Shown here: piece after piece, positions 36,780 through 47,034 of the stretch
How positions within the stretch are numbered: position 1 is the stretch's first letter
Layout of the letters: each line of letters starts with the position of its first letter
Assembly (NCBI GenBank): GCA_016839055.1
Contig: JAEKNX010000001.1
Location: 303,693 to 367,692 of the forward strand
Reading direction: 5' to 3'
DNA: 64,000 bases
Origin: Spirochaetales bacterium
Lineage (GTDB): Bacteria; Spirochaetota; Spirochaetia; UBA9216
The notes under the pieces: generated by a model
The model's database searches: none
What the model saw: the letters and a program-made list of their open reading frames with translations, nothing else
Told to the model about the DNA's origin: nothing
Translations under genes and position numbers: made by a program

Positions 36780-37304
36780 GTGAATATGAAAAAAGGGCTA
36801 TCAGTAGTTTTCCTGTTATCAATTCTGTTATCCGGAGTTTTTGCCCAGGAAGAAAGAAGTATTACTATTAAAAATGAAACAGGATACAACATCATCTATC
36901 TGTATTTTTCCCCTTCCGATTATGATGACTGGGGTGATGATTTCCTCGAAGGTCTTCAGCTAGCCGACGGTGAATCGATTGACGTGAAATTGAGCCGTGA
37001 TTATGACGTGTCGCAGAACATTTATGATCTGCAGGCCGTAGATGAGGATGATGACTATTACACTATTTATGAGACGGATATATCTAATAATCCGCTCGTG
37101 ACGATTACGATGGATAATTATGACGGCGGAAGTGAAGATGATGATTATGATTATGATGATGAATATTCGGGTTATGATGACGGCTATAGTGACGGCTACA
37201 CCGAAGGCTACAAACTTGGATATACTGAGGCCTTTCGTGATGCTTACCTGGAAGGTTTCAGAGCCGCGCAGGAAATAGAAGTGCCTGCCGACAGCTGGAG
37301 ATAG
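36780..37304 (+). CDS. Secreted highly acidic Asp/Tyr/Gly-rich protein of unknown function
   Basis: 174 aa. Signal peptide MNMKKGLSVVFLLSILLSGVFAQ. C-terminal low-complexity region DDDYDYDDEYSGYDDGYSDGYTEGYKLGYTEAF. Confidence 0.5.
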   Translation: MNMKKGLSVVFLLSILLSGVFAQEERSITIKNETGYNIIYLYFSPSDYDDWGDDFLEGLQLADGESIDVKLSRDYDVSQNIYDLQAVDEDDDYYTIYETDISNNPLVTITMDNYDGGSEDDDYDYDDEYSGYDDGYSDGYTEGYKLGYTEAFRDAYLEGFRAAQEIEVPADSWR

Positions 37305-37381
37305 GAAGGTTCATTAGAAAACAGACGTAGAAAAACTCAGATGTTAAACTACTTTTTATGCTGTAAAGGAAATGTCAAAAA

Positions 37382-37407
37382 AGCCGGAATTGTTTCCGGC
37401 TTTTTTG
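37382..37407. terminator. Rho-independent terminator
   Basis: AGCCGGAA-ttgt-TTCCGGCT hairpin followed by TTTTTT, 3' of the acidic-protein gene. Confidence 0.6.
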
Positions 37408-37632
37408 GTTTACCCTGCATAAGTAATGATTAGGCGGCATTTAATATTTAAAGACGCCGTTTCCAACACTAATATAGGCACCGTTACCGATTACCTGGAA
37501 TTGAAATGACTCTATATGTGAACGATCTAATGTTGTTAAGCACATGAGCGCCTTTGTTATCATTCAAGGGGCCGGACTAACCGGTTATGATTCCGAGAGT
37601 TACTTCATTGACTCAAGAAATGCTCACTTTTT

Positions 37633-38616
37633 TCAGTAGAATCGGGGGATCGGAAGATCAAGAATAGTGTGCAGCCCCGGAGCCGCCTTTAAGACTCCCG
37701 GAATGCTATGGAGCACCATCGCGGCGGTACCCTTATCTCCCTGAATGCCCGGCTTTATTACCTGTAGAATTTCCGGTTCTCCATCTATGGTTATCCTGTC
37801 TTCTTCGTCAGAATCTTCAGAGGCTGTGAAATTCAGTTTAATTCTCTTTCCTTCTGTCGTGATACCGGTTATCCCCTGGGTTATCCCGATAACTCTATCG
37901 GTGCTGCCGAGCCTTTTCATCGGAGTCTGGATTATTTCCGCCAGAGACCAGCCCATTCCACCGGCAAGAATACGAAGAGATACTTCCAATCCGATGTGGC
38001 CGCCGATGATGCCTGCTCTTCGACCATTTTCGAATTCTTCTGCGGTGAGGTCTTTGCCCATCTTCTGCTGGAAAGAGGTTCTTCGTCGGCGTATATCCAG
38101 GCTTCTATTAATAGTGATGGCCTCTATCCGGGTACATGGCGCGGTAAGAAGCAGGGGTAGGAGATCCATTAGAAAGCCGGGATTGATACCTGTGCCGGCC
38201 GCGGAGGTTCCGTAACGTACTGCCAGGTTATCAATCCTGTTCCAGATATCTTCGTTGGAGGGAAGGGGGTAGCTCATCTCTTCGCAGGTGGAAACTACCG
38301 AAATATCGTGAGAGAAGAGTGTTTCCAGAACAGGTTCTATATCAGCAAGCCGGGATGATGTGGCCGCTACAGCCATAGCGGCACATTCGGATAGGGCGAG
38401 CCTCTGTCTGCTGCTGCTCAGCCACTCTTTGAGACTAGGAGTAATATTAATGGCCGGAGCATCAGGGCGGGACAGCAGTTCTCTCAGAGAGAGTTTAGAG
38501 AACTTCGGATCCGGATCTACCAATCCGATTATCTCCAGCCAGGGTTTTGACAGCGCCGCTTCGGCTATTTCTCTGCCCATAGAACCGAAACCGATAAGAA
38601 TGAGAGGAATTCTCAT
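37633..38616 (-). CDS. DapB-like NAD(P)-binding oxidoreductase family protein (dihydrodipicolinate reductase / 2,4-diaminopentanoate dehydrogenase-like)
   Basis: N-terminal Rossmann motif MRIPLILIGFGSMGREIAEAAL with the DapB_N-type layout. The start is taken at this Met rather than the 39-codon upstream extension. Confidence 0.5.
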   Translation of the reverse strand: MRIPLILIGFGSMGREIAEAALSKPWLEIIGLVDPDPKFSKLSLRELLSRPDAPAINITPSLKEWLSSSRQRLALSECAAMAVAATSSRLADIEPVLETLFSHDISVVSTCEEMSYPLPSNEDIWNRIDNLAVRYGTSAAGTGINPGFLMDLLPLLLTAPCTRIEAITINRSLDIRRRRTSFQQKMGKDLTAEEFENGRRAGIIGGHIGLEVSLRILAGGMGWSLAEIIQTPMKRLGSTDRVIGITQGITGITTEGKRIKLNFTASEDSDEEDRITIDGEPEILQVIKPGIQGDKGTAAMVLHSIPGVLKAAPGLHTILDLPIPRFY

Positions 38617-38876
38617 ATTATTCGCCTCCATGGAGAATTCTGTACTATAGCGGTGGAGATTGCAAGTGTGAATTATAAGAATTACCCGGGTCTGATCTTT
38701 TAGAAGAGCCTTAGAGGCGCACTTTATGCACAAATGTCATAATTGAATCAGCATCAATCCCCTATTAACACTATTGCTATATGTATAAAGGTAATATATA
38801 TTGCTTTTAATCTGATGGAAATTTTCCCTTTCCAGTACAATAATCGCAGAAGATAATAATTATTAGGAATTGAAAA

Positions 38877-39920
38877 ATGTTTGATAATATTAATGGTCAC
38901 ATCGAAAAAAATCAACTCATCCTCTTTCTGCATTCTATAGATGAGGGGTTTCTTTTGCTTGATGCCTCCTGGACGGTTGTCGATATGAATCTCGGCTCAT
39001 GGCAGAAGATGGGTTTTCAGCTAGGACAACAGAGTATAGGAGCGAAATTTCTGGAGGTCTTCCCTTCAGTTAGAAATACCGATAGATTTGACACTTATAA
39101 AGAGGTTATGCGTACAGGAGTTCCGGCCTCAATTGACCAGGTGTTTATAAAAAACGAGCTTGGTAAAAGTTTTTTTTATTTTCATATCTATAAGGTCGGA
39201 GACGGGCTTGGAATCATAGTCCGTGATATTACGGAAGAAAAGCAGCAGGAATTAGAGCTTATAAAGAGGAACAAGCAGCTCAGCGATTTGAGCGCGCATC
39301 TTCAGACCGCCAGAGACCAGGAGAGGGCGGCGATTGCCCGCGAGATCCATGACGAACTGGGCCAGGATCTAACAGCCTTGAAATTTGAACTTCATTGGTT
39401 GGAACAGAAGATGCTCCCCGATCAGTCTTTGCTAAGAGAGAAGAGCCGTGAGCTTATTAAAACAGCAGATAATATGATACAGGTTGTCAGGAAAATAACC
39501 TCCAAGCTCAGGCTGGAATACCTTGAAACACATTCTCTTCCGGAAGCTCTCAAACTGAAATTAAAGGAATTTAATAAAATGACCGGAATCGACACCTCTA
39601 TTTCGGTTGAATCCGGAGAAATTGAAATATTCCAGGAGGCCGCAATTGTTTTATACAGGATTCTTCAGGAAGCCCTTACAAATATTGCCCGACATGCGGG
39701 TGCGTCAAAGGCGGAAGTTACCTACTTTTGTGATGGTGATTCTGCATTCCTGAGTATAATGGACGATGGCAGAGGCATAGGGAAAGAGGAGCTCAATGCA
39801 CCCGGAGCCTACGGCTTAATCGGCATGAGAGAAAGGTGCAGCAACTTAAAGGGAAAACTTAAGATTACAGGTAGTCTAGGTCAGGGGACGCTTGTTGAGG
39901 TTGTGCTTCCTCTTTTGTAG
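38877..39920 (+). CDS. Cytoplasmic sensor histidine kinase, NarL/LuxR-partner type (PAS-like plus HisKA_3 plus HATPase)
   Basis: 347 aa, no TM. H-box ERAAIAREIHDELGQDLTALK (HisKA_3) and a C-terminal HATPase_c (DDGRGI, GYGLIGMRER). Confidence 0.8.
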   Translation: MFDNINGHIEKNQLILFLHSIDEGFLLLDASWTVVDMNLGSWQKMGFQLGQQSIGAKFLEVFPSVRNTDRFDTYKEVMRTGVPASIDQVFIKNELGKSFFYFHIYKVGDGLGIIVRDITEEKQQELELIKRNKQLSDLSAHLQTARDQERAAIAREIHDELGQDLTALKFELHWLEQKMLPDQSLLREKSRELIKTADNMIQVVRKITSKLRLEYLETHSLPEALKLKLKEFNKMTGIDTSISVESGEIEIFQEAAIVLYRILQEALTNIARHAGASKAEVTYFCDGDSAFLSIMDDGRGIGKEELNAPGAYGLIGMRERCSNLKGKLKITGSLGQGTLVEVVLPLL

Positions 39921-40007
39921 GAATAATCCCTACAGGAAAATCAGAACTTGTCCTATTATTTGTATCAGTGCTATATATTAAGGTGTCTATGAAACGGAGA
40001 AAGAAAG

Positions 40008-40640
40008 ATGATAAATGTACTTATAGCCGATGACCACGCGATAATAAGAAGGGGATTAAAGCAGATTCTCTCAGAAGATCCGGGAATTGCTGTAAAAGAC
40101 GAAGTTGCAAACGGACACCAGGTTTTAGAAAAATTAAGGCAGAACCGATATGATATACTTATTATGGACATATCCATGCCTAAGCTGAGCGGTCTTGATG
40201 TTCTTCTGCAGGTTAAAGTGGAATTTCCGGAGCTGCCTGTGCTCATCCTGAGTATTTATCCCGAAGATCAATACGCTATACGAGTATTAAAGGACGGGGC
40301 ATCAGGCTATATGAATAAAGAAGTGGCCCCTGATGAACTCATTAAGGCTGTTAAAAAAATAATTAAAGGGAAAAAGTACATCAGCGAGAACATAGCCGAG
40401 CATCTTGTCGCCATGATTGGAGATGGCGATGGTGAAAAACTACAGGAAAAACTTTCAGACAGGGAGTTTACCGTTTTCCGTCTTATAGCAGAAGGGAAGG
40501 TCAATAAGGAGATAGCAGCTGAACTGAATCTCAGCGCTAAAACCATCAGTACCTATAGAACCAGGATTCTCGAAAAAATGAACTTGAAGAATAATGCTCA
40601 ATTGATAAGTTATGCAGTAAGAGAGAAACTAGTTGATTAG
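40008..40640 (+). CDS. NarL/FixJ-family response regulator (receiver plus LuxR-type HTH)
   Basis: 210 aa. Receiver with DD..D (ILIMDISMP) ..KPF-like motifs. C-terminal LSDREFTVFRLIAEGKVNKEIAAELNLSAKTISTYRTRILEKM LuxR HTH. Confidence 0.9.
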   Translation: MINVLIADDHAIIRRGLKQILSEDPGIAVKDEVANGHQVLEKLRQNRYDILIMDISMPKLSGLDVLLQVKVEFPELPVLILSIYPEDQYAIRVLKDGASGYMNKEVAPDELIKAVKKIIKGKKYISENIAEHLVAMIGDGDGEKLQEKLSDREFTVFRLIAEGKVNKEIAAELNLSAKTISTYRTRILEKMNLKNNAQLISYAVREKLVD

Positions 40641-40651
40641 GCGGCAATACT

Positions 40652-42130
40652 ATGTTAGAAAACCTTCTTAATGACCTGTCGAAAAGCGATATTCTCGAAA
40701 GTATCTACGAATGTCATAGTGATGCAATCTTCATTATCAGCAGTAGTCCCGAGCGGAACATTGTTGACTGTAATGATGCCGCTGCCAGGTTGTTTGGATT
40801 CGACCGTGAAGAATTAATTGGAAAGTCGATAGATATTGTTCACACCGATGATGCCGCATCTGGCGAGGTTGAAGAAATTTTTTTTCCGAAAACTGTAAAA
40901 AAGGGATTTTTTCATCTTGATAAATTTAAAATGAAGAGAAAAGACAGCAGTATCTTCTTTTCAGAACTAAGCGTTATGCCTCTTTTTAGCGCTACCGGGG
41001 AACATCAAGGCTGGGTTAGTATGGTCAGAGATATTTCTGAAAAATGTAAGGTTGAAGAAGATCTTTCAATTGAGAGAACAAGACTCTCTGCTCATCTCAA
41101 TGCGGCGTCTATAACCCTTATCACTCTGGATAAAGACGGACGAATTGATTTTGTTAATAGTTACGGTCGGGCTCTGCTGGATCTTGATGATAGTGATGTG
41201 AGAGACAGAAACTGGTTTGATGAATTCGTTCCAGCGGGAAAAGAAGAAGAGACTATTTCGCTTTTTTATAAATTGCTGTTGGATCGTGACAGAAACGGTA
41301 AATATTTTGTCCATATTATTGATACACCCAAAGGCAGACAAAAAACGATAGGATGGTATGCGGCAGTTTATTATGATGAATCAGATGCTTTCAGCGGTTT
41401 CATCCTGAGGGGCGTGGAGATTACCAAAAATGAAGAGTTTGCGGTCAGGATGATAAAATCCAATGAAAGCTTGAGGAAGCTCAACTCGCGCCTTCATAAG
41501 AGACGAGAGGACAAGATGGCCGGTCTGACCCGAAAGATAATGGATGATATGGGGCAGGTGGCAACCGGGCTCAGTTTTGATGTTTCGATGCTTGAGAAGA
41601 TGCTCTGGAAGGATGACTTTAATTCGAAGAGAATAGAGATGTCCAATAAACTAAAAGAAGCAGGTGAGACTCTGAATTACCTGATTCAGTTCGGACGGGA
41701 TCTCTCATCCGGTATCCGGCCGACATCTCTCGATGACATCGGCCTGCCGGCGACCCTTAAATGGTTTGCAGGCGATTTTCAGAAAAAAACAGGCATCATC
41801 TGTTCAGCGCAGCATATCTCGAGTTCGGTATTAGTAGAAAAAGATTCATCAATTATTCTCTTCCGTGTCTGCGAAGAGATTTTTGAAAATATAAAAAACC
41901 ATTCCCGGGCGAATCGGGTTGATATTCTTCTTGAAGAAAAAGACGGCCGTCTGAACTTGAGTATCAAGGACAATGGCGTCGGTATCTCCAGGGGGGACAT
42001 TTCAAACCCTGCTTCTTTGGGCCTTCTTCGAATTAAAGAAAATGTAAGAGATATAAGTGGAACAGTCGTGATAAACGGTGAAAAAAGTACTGGTACTACA
42101 ATTACTATCAGCATTCCTATAAAAAAATAA
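40652..42130 (+). CDS. PAS-PAS histidine-kinase-like protein in which the phospho-acceptor His appears replaced by Met
   Basis: 492 aa. Two PAS-like regions, a HisKA_3-like H-box region reading LTRKIMDDMGQVATGL (compare REIHDELGQDLTAL in the neighbouring kinase), and a C-terminal HATPase_c (DNGVGI...GLGLLRIKE). Confidence 0.65.
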   Translation: MLENLLNDLSKSDILESIYECHSDAIFIISSSPERNIVDCNDAAARLFGFDREELIGKSIDIVHTDDAASGEVEEIFFPKTVKKGFFHLDKFKMKRKDSSIFFSELSVMPLFSATGEHQGWVSMVRDISEKCKVEEDLSIERTRLSAHLNAASITLITLDKDGRIDFVNSYGRALLDLDDSDVRDRNWFDEFVPAGKEEETISLFYKLLLDRDRNGKYFVHIIDTPKGRQKTIGWYAAVYYDESDAFSGFILRGVEITKNEEFAVRMIKSNESLRKLNSRLHKRREDKMAGLTRKIMDDMGQVATGLSFDVSMLEKMLWKDDFNSKRIEMSNKLKEAGETLNYLIQFGRDLSSGIRPTSLDDIGLPATLKWFAGDFQKKTGIICSAQHISSSVLVEKDSSIILFRVCEEIFENIKNHSRANRVDILLEEKDGRLNLSIKDNGVGISRGDISNPASLGLLRIKENVRDISGTVVINGEKSTGTTITISIPIKK

Positions 42131-42280
42131 CCAATAGTGTAGTCCTTTTCCTACAATCCCCTGAGTAAGGCCTTACAACATCTACCTTATATTCCTACCT
42201 GCAAATCAGAAATCTGCCGATATTACGTATTTCAATCAGCTGTTATGTTTAATAATATCTTATAGCTACAGAGGAATATT

Positions 42281-44308
42281 ATGAAACTGCAGAACAAATT
42301 TTTAATCCCGATCCTGTCACTGATTATTGCCGGCATGGCGGCTCTGACCCTTGTCAGTTATATAACAGAAAAAGGAGAAATAGAGCATGCCGTCGAAGGT
42401 GAAATAGCTCAGGTTGCTGACGCGCTGCATAGGAATGTTGGAAATTATCTTAGTGAAGCTGATAATAATATTATTATTTTCGGTAATAGAAATCTATACA
42501 GGGCTTTATTTGAAAACGAAGGAGCATATGATGCTGCTGCCCTTTTAGCTGTCAATCAAACACTCTTTGATGTTCAAAAGGATAACCTCAAGTATGAGTT
42601 TTTTGCTGTAGCTGATAAAACCGGTATAGTTATTGCTTGCAGTGATGAGACCCAGGTAGGCAAGATGAATGTATCCGACAGGGAGTATTTTCAGACCTCG
42701 ATTGCCGGAAGGGGAGCTTCTTCGGATGTTCTTGAAAGCAAGATGACAGGGAAGCCTGTTATAGTTGTGTCAACTCCGATTATAGTAAACGGCAGTGTGA
42801 AAGGAATTTTCCTGGGATCTCTTGACCTGACTTCATTTAGTGAGATCTATGTTCTTCCTGTTAGGGTCGGCAATGGCGGTTATGCATATCTGCTAGATAG
42901 AAATTCAAATGTAATCGCTCATCCGGATTCAAGTCTTGTTCTTAAAGAAAATTTCAGTAATGAAGATTTTGGAAAGGCGATAATGAGGCAGGAAGATGGA
43001 TTTTTGCGTTATACCCACAATGGTATAGAAAAAATTGCGGCTTTCAGGACTGAAAAAATGAAGGGGTGGACTGCCGTAATAACCGCTAATGAAGATGATG
43101 TCTATGCCGGCGTAAATAAAATGAAGATGATGTCCATTATTCTGATTTTAGTATGCGTAGTCATTATCGGAATTATTGTATTTTTTATAGTACGCTCTAT
43201 TGTAATTCCTATTAAAAGGGCTGTTGGCTTTGCTCATCATGTTGCAAAGGGTGATCTGACAGTAACTGCAGATGATGCTTTTCTTAAGAGAAAGGATGAG
43301 ATCGGGGAACTGGCGAATTCACTGAATAATATGAAGAATAAGCTTCTCTTGGTAGTAAGTGATATTACAGCAGCTACAGATAATGTTGCATCAGGCAGTC
43401 AGCAGATGAGCGCGACGGCCCAACAGTTATCACAAGGAGCCACCGAACAGGCCGCATCCGCTGAAGAGGTCTCAGCATCAATGGAGCAAATGGGGGCCAA
43501 TATACAGCAGAATGCTGATAACGCCATGCAGACTGAGAAGATTGCTCAGCAGGCTGCGGAAGACGCAAACGATGGTGGAAAAGTTGTTCTTGAAACAGTA
43601 GACGCGATGAACGAGATTGCTTCAAAAATCGGAATAATTGAAGATATAGCTCGTAACACGAATCTGCTCGCCTTAAATGCAGCCATAGAAGCGGCAAGAG
43701 CCGGTGAGCATGGAAAAGGATTTGCAGTGGTTGCGGCCGAGGTACGGAAACTTGCAGAAAGAAGCCAGGAAGCAGCTAAAGAGATAAGTCAGCTTAGTGC
43801 TAAGAGTGTGGGTGTAGCCGATACTGCCGGGGCGAAACTGCAGAAAATTGTTCCTGATATCAGAAAGACAGCCGAGTTGGTCCAGGAGATAAGTGCGGCA
43901 AGTAATGAACAAAGAACTGGTGTCCAGCAGATAAACCAGGCGATTATGCAGCTTGACCAGGTTGTACAGCAGAATTCCGCTGCATCCGAAGAAATGGCCG
44001 CCATGGCTGAGGAATTATCCGGACAGGCTGAACAATTAAGAGCAACGATTAACTTTTTCAAGGTAAACTCATCTAATTCTTCAAAAAAGAATATAGAAAC
44101 CCCAAATACAAAGCAGCTTCCTGGTAATTTTGAACTATTACGCGGACGATTTGAAGTAAAAGATGAATCTTCAGAATCTACCAGGGGGAAAACAAGTAGA
44201 AAAACAGGTCTTGCTCCTGAAAACAGAATACCTCAAATGGCAATTGCTGCTTTCGGTGGAAACAATAGTGGCTCGAATGCTGTAGACACTGATTTTGAAG
44301 AATTTTAG
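42281..44308 (+). CDS. Transmembrane methyl-accepting chemotaxis protein with a periplasmic dCache_1-type sensor domain
   Basis: 675 aa. N-terminal TM, a ~280-aa periplasmic domain with double-Cache features, a second TM, HAMP, then the MCP signalling domain ([34 protein letters not shown]). Confidence 0.85.
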   Translation: MKLQNKFLIPILSLIIAGMAALTLVSYITEKGEIEHAVEGEIAQVADALHRNVGNYLSEADNNIIIFGNRNLYRALFENEGAYDAAALLAVNQTLFDVQKDNLKYEFFAVADKTGIVIACSDETQVGKMNVSDREYFQTSIAGRGASSDVLESKMTGKPVIVVSTPIIVNGSVKGIFLGSLDLTSFSEIYVLPVRVGNGGYAYLLDRNSNVIAHPDSSLVLKENFSNEDFGKAIMRQEDGFLRYTHNGIEKIAAFRTEKMKGWTAVITANEDDVYAGVNKMKMMSIILILVCVVIIGIIVFFIVRSIVIPIKRAVGFAHHVAKGDLTVTADDAFLKRKDEIGELANSLNNMKNKLLLVVSDITAATDNVASGSQQMSATAQQLSQGATEQAASAEEVSASMEQMGANIQQNADNAMQTEKIAQQAAEDANDGGKVVLETVDAMNEIASKIGIIEDIARNTNLLALNAAIEAARAGEHGKGFAVVAAEVRKLAERSQEAAKEISQLSAKSVGVADTAGAKLQKIVPDIRKTAELVQEISAASNEQRTGVQQINQAIMQLDQVVQQNSAASEEMAAMAEELSGQAEQLRATINFFKVNSSNSSKKNIETPNTKQLPGNFELLRGRFEVKDESSESTRGKTSRKTGLAPENRIPQMAIAAFGGNNSGSNAVDTDFEEF

Positions 44309-44324
44309 GAACAAGGATGAAGCT

Positions 44325-44828
44325 ATGAGTAATAGAATAATGACTCAGATAAATCAGTATTTAACTTTTTCCCTTGATGATGAGTAGTATGCAATCAATG
44401 TTACCAAGATTCGTGAGGTTCTTGAGTTTTCATCGGTAACTAAAGTTCCGCGAATGCCTGAATTCCTTCGGGGAATAATTAATCTCCGGGGAAGTGTTGT
44501 TCCTGTTGCCGATCTTAAAGTTAAATTTAAAATGTCTGATGTTAAGGCTGATATTAATACAAGAATTATTGTTACTGAGGTGAGTCTCAACGCCGGAGCT
44601 GTGATTGTGGGTATTCTCGTTGATTCAGTTCAGGAGGTTATAGATATACCTGCTGAACATATTGAGCCGACACCGAAATTCGGAACCGGTTTAAACACCG
44701 ATTTTATTGAGGGAATAGGAAAAAAGAATGATGATTTCATTATTATCCTGAATATTGATGCGGTTTTCAGCCTTGAAGAGATAAATACCTTCGGTGAAGA
44801 TTTAGTTGTCGAAGAAACATTAGTATAG
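44325..44828 (+). pseudogene. cheW: cheW (chemotaxis coupling protein) interrupted by an in-frame TAG at codon 21
   Basis: Reading from ATG 44325 gives MSNRIMTQINQYLTFSLDDE*YAINVTKIREVLEF...VPRMPEFLRGIINLRGSVVPV..., a canonical CheW. The TAG at 44385-44387 falls where CheW has the conserved E of the LxxEEYxI motif. The ORF track only reports the part after the stop (44454-44828). Confidence 0.65.
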
Positions 44829-44881
44829 GGTAATTCCCGTTTCTGATTGATTAGGGTCAGGAATGCAATAGAGGTGGATTT

Positions 44882-46990
44882 ATGACAAGTTACGATATTA
44901 AAAAAAAAGGAGAAAAATTTGTTTCCGTTGCATCTATGACAAAATATATGCTGAATAAGGAAATGAAGGATAAGTCCTTTATTGAGAATATTCCGCATGC
45001 TATATATATTGTAGATATAGATGGGGAAATTATTTTTGCCAATAAACATTTTTGCAGCTTACTCGGATGTGAAAATAGTTTCCTGATTAATAAATCACTC
45101 TTTAATCTTGAAGATGAATCGGTGGAAGTCAGAATGTCATCTCATTTTGATAGTGCCATACAGAGTGGTTTCAGGTTTATTTCACACACCACTACTGTCT
45201 GTAATTATTGTGGAGAATTATTAAATGTTATCAATAACACCATCGTAGTAAAGAACAATGAAAAGGTGACGGCATTCCTTGGTGTTCTTATAGACATAAC
45301 CGAGAAAACTGAGATTGAAAAATCCGTAAGTGAAAATCAAAATAAATTAAGCAAAATACTTAAGCATATCTCTGAAGTAATTGCCATTGTCGACAGAAAG
45401 GGAATTATAAAATTCGAATCTGAATCAATTGAGTATCTGCATGGGTATAAACTTGATGAGACGGTAGGGTCGAGCTTTCTTGAAAGAGTTCACCCTGGTG
45501 ATAGAGAACTCCTGACTCAGAAGTTATTGGATTGTTCTCTCGCAAATGGTAATAGTGCATCTTCCGAGTACCGGTTTATACATAAAGATGGGAGCTTGCG
45601 TCATATGGAAGTCTTTTTGCAGAATATGTATGATGTGCCGTCTATTCAGGGGATTCTTGTCTATTTTAAGGACTTAACCGAGTTCGATTCAATAAAAAAC
45701 AGGGCTTACTATTTAGAGTTTAATGATCCACTAACAGGTTTACCTAATAAAGAGATGTTTACCGCGCGTCTGCGAAGGGAATTGAAACGTGCAGAAAGAA
45801 CTAAAAAAATATTTGCGGTAATGTCCATTAATCTGAATAAATTCAAATATATAAATGATCTGTATGGAACCCCTGCGGGTGATGAAGTTCTAATAAAGGT
45901 AGGAGCGAAATTAAAGTCGATATTTCGGGATGATGATCTTGTTTCCAGGTTTGAAGGTGATAAATTCCTTGTCCTTTTATCAGATATTGACGGTTCTCAG
46001 AGCGCGGAGATTATCTTTAAAAAGACAGCGGATGTTTTTTCCGAACCTTTGAGTGTAGGGTCTCATATGATAAGAATAACCGCAGGGATGGGAATTTGCT
46101 TCTATCCTGATGATGGAAATGATTCTGACCTTTTGATCAAGAACAGTGAAACTGCCATGTGTAATGCTAAAAACCGGCGCCTTACTTCATATTCACTTTT
46201 CGATGAAAAACGGAACAATGAGATGCTCTCCAGGATCAAGATTGAAAAAGAACTGCAGGACGCCATCGATTTAAAAGAATTCTGTGTTTACTATCAGCCC
46301 AAGGTTGATGTTTCTGGGACAATTATCGGGATGGAAGCCCTTCTTAGATGGCAGTCTCCGGTTCGGGGACTTGTCCCTCCAGGGCTTTTTATTCCAATTG
46401 CAGAAAAAAACGGGATGATTCTTCAGCTTGGAGAGCATGTATTGTATGAATCCTGTGTCCAGAACAGGAAATGGCAGGAAAAAGGACATAAGCCCATTCA
46501 GGTAGCGGTGAATATCTCTCCTTTTGAATTCAGCAGAGCAGATATAGTCAGTAATATTAAGGCTGTTTTAAAGGATACCGGGATTAATCCGCAATGGCTT
46601 GAGGTGGAGATTACCGAGAGTGGAATTATGGAAAATGAACAGGATTCTATTGAGAAGCTGGCTGAGATTCACAACATGAATGTCTCAATCGCTATAGACG
46701 ACTTTGGTACCGGTTATTCTTCACTCAGCAAGTTGAAGGATTATCCTGTTGATAAGCTGAAAATAGATAAATCATTTGTTGACAATCTTCCTGAGAATAT
46801 AAAGTCGGTAATTCTTGTGAAAAGCATGATCGGCTTGGCTCACAATCTTGGGTTTAAGGTCGTAACAGAGGGGGTTGAGACAAGAGCGCAATTTGATTAT
46901 TTACTTGAAAACGGTAGTGACCAGTTTCAGGGGTATTATTTCAGTAAGCCGGTAAATGCCGAAACTTTTGGAAATTTAATAGATAATTAG
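44882..46990 (+). CDS. PAS-PAS-GGDEF(degenerate)-EAL c-di-GMP phosphodiesterase-type signalling protein
   Basis: 702 aa. Two PAS domains. The GGDEF domain has the active-site motif reading SRFEGDKF instead of RxGGDEF. The EAL domain has QPKVDV...EALLRW, DDFGTGYSS and KIDKSFV motifs intact. Confidence 0.85.
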   Translation: MTSYDIKKKGEKFVSVASMTKYMLNKEMKDKSFIENIPHAIYIVDIDGEIIFANKHFCSLLGCENSFLINKSLFNLEDESVEVRMSSHFDSAIQSGFRFISHTTTVCNYCGELLNVINNTIVVKNNEKVTAFLGVLIDITEKTEIEKSVSENQNKLSKILKHISEVIAIVDRKGIIKFESESIEYLHGYKLDETVGSSFLERVHPGDRELLTQKLLDCSLANGNSASSEYRFIHKDGSLRHMEVFLQNMYDVPSIQGILVYFKDLTEFDSIKNRAYYLEFNDPLTGLPNKEMFTARLRRELKRAERTKKIFAVMSINLNKFKYINDLYGTPAGDEVLIKVGAKLKSIFRDDDLVSRFEGDKFLVLLSDIDGSQSAEIIFKKTADVFSEPLSVGSHMIRITAGMGICFYPDDGNDSDLLIKNSETAMCNAKNRRLTSYSLFDEKRNNEMLSRIKIEKELQDAIDLKEFCVYYQPKVDVSGTIIGMEALLRWQSPVRGLVPPGLFIPIAEKNGMILQLGEHVLYESCVQNRKWQEKGHKPIQVAVNISPFEFSRADIVSNIKAVLKDTGINPQWLEVEITESGIMENEQDSIEKLAEIHNMNVSIAIDDFGTGYSSLSKLKDYPVDKLKIDKSFVDNLPENIKSVILVKSMIGLAHNLGFKVVTEGVETRAQFDYLLENGSDQFQGYYFSKPVNAETFGNLIDN

Positions 46991-47034
46991 GAATAGTAAA
47001 TATTCCATTGTAATACCCTAAAACGCGGAAAAAA

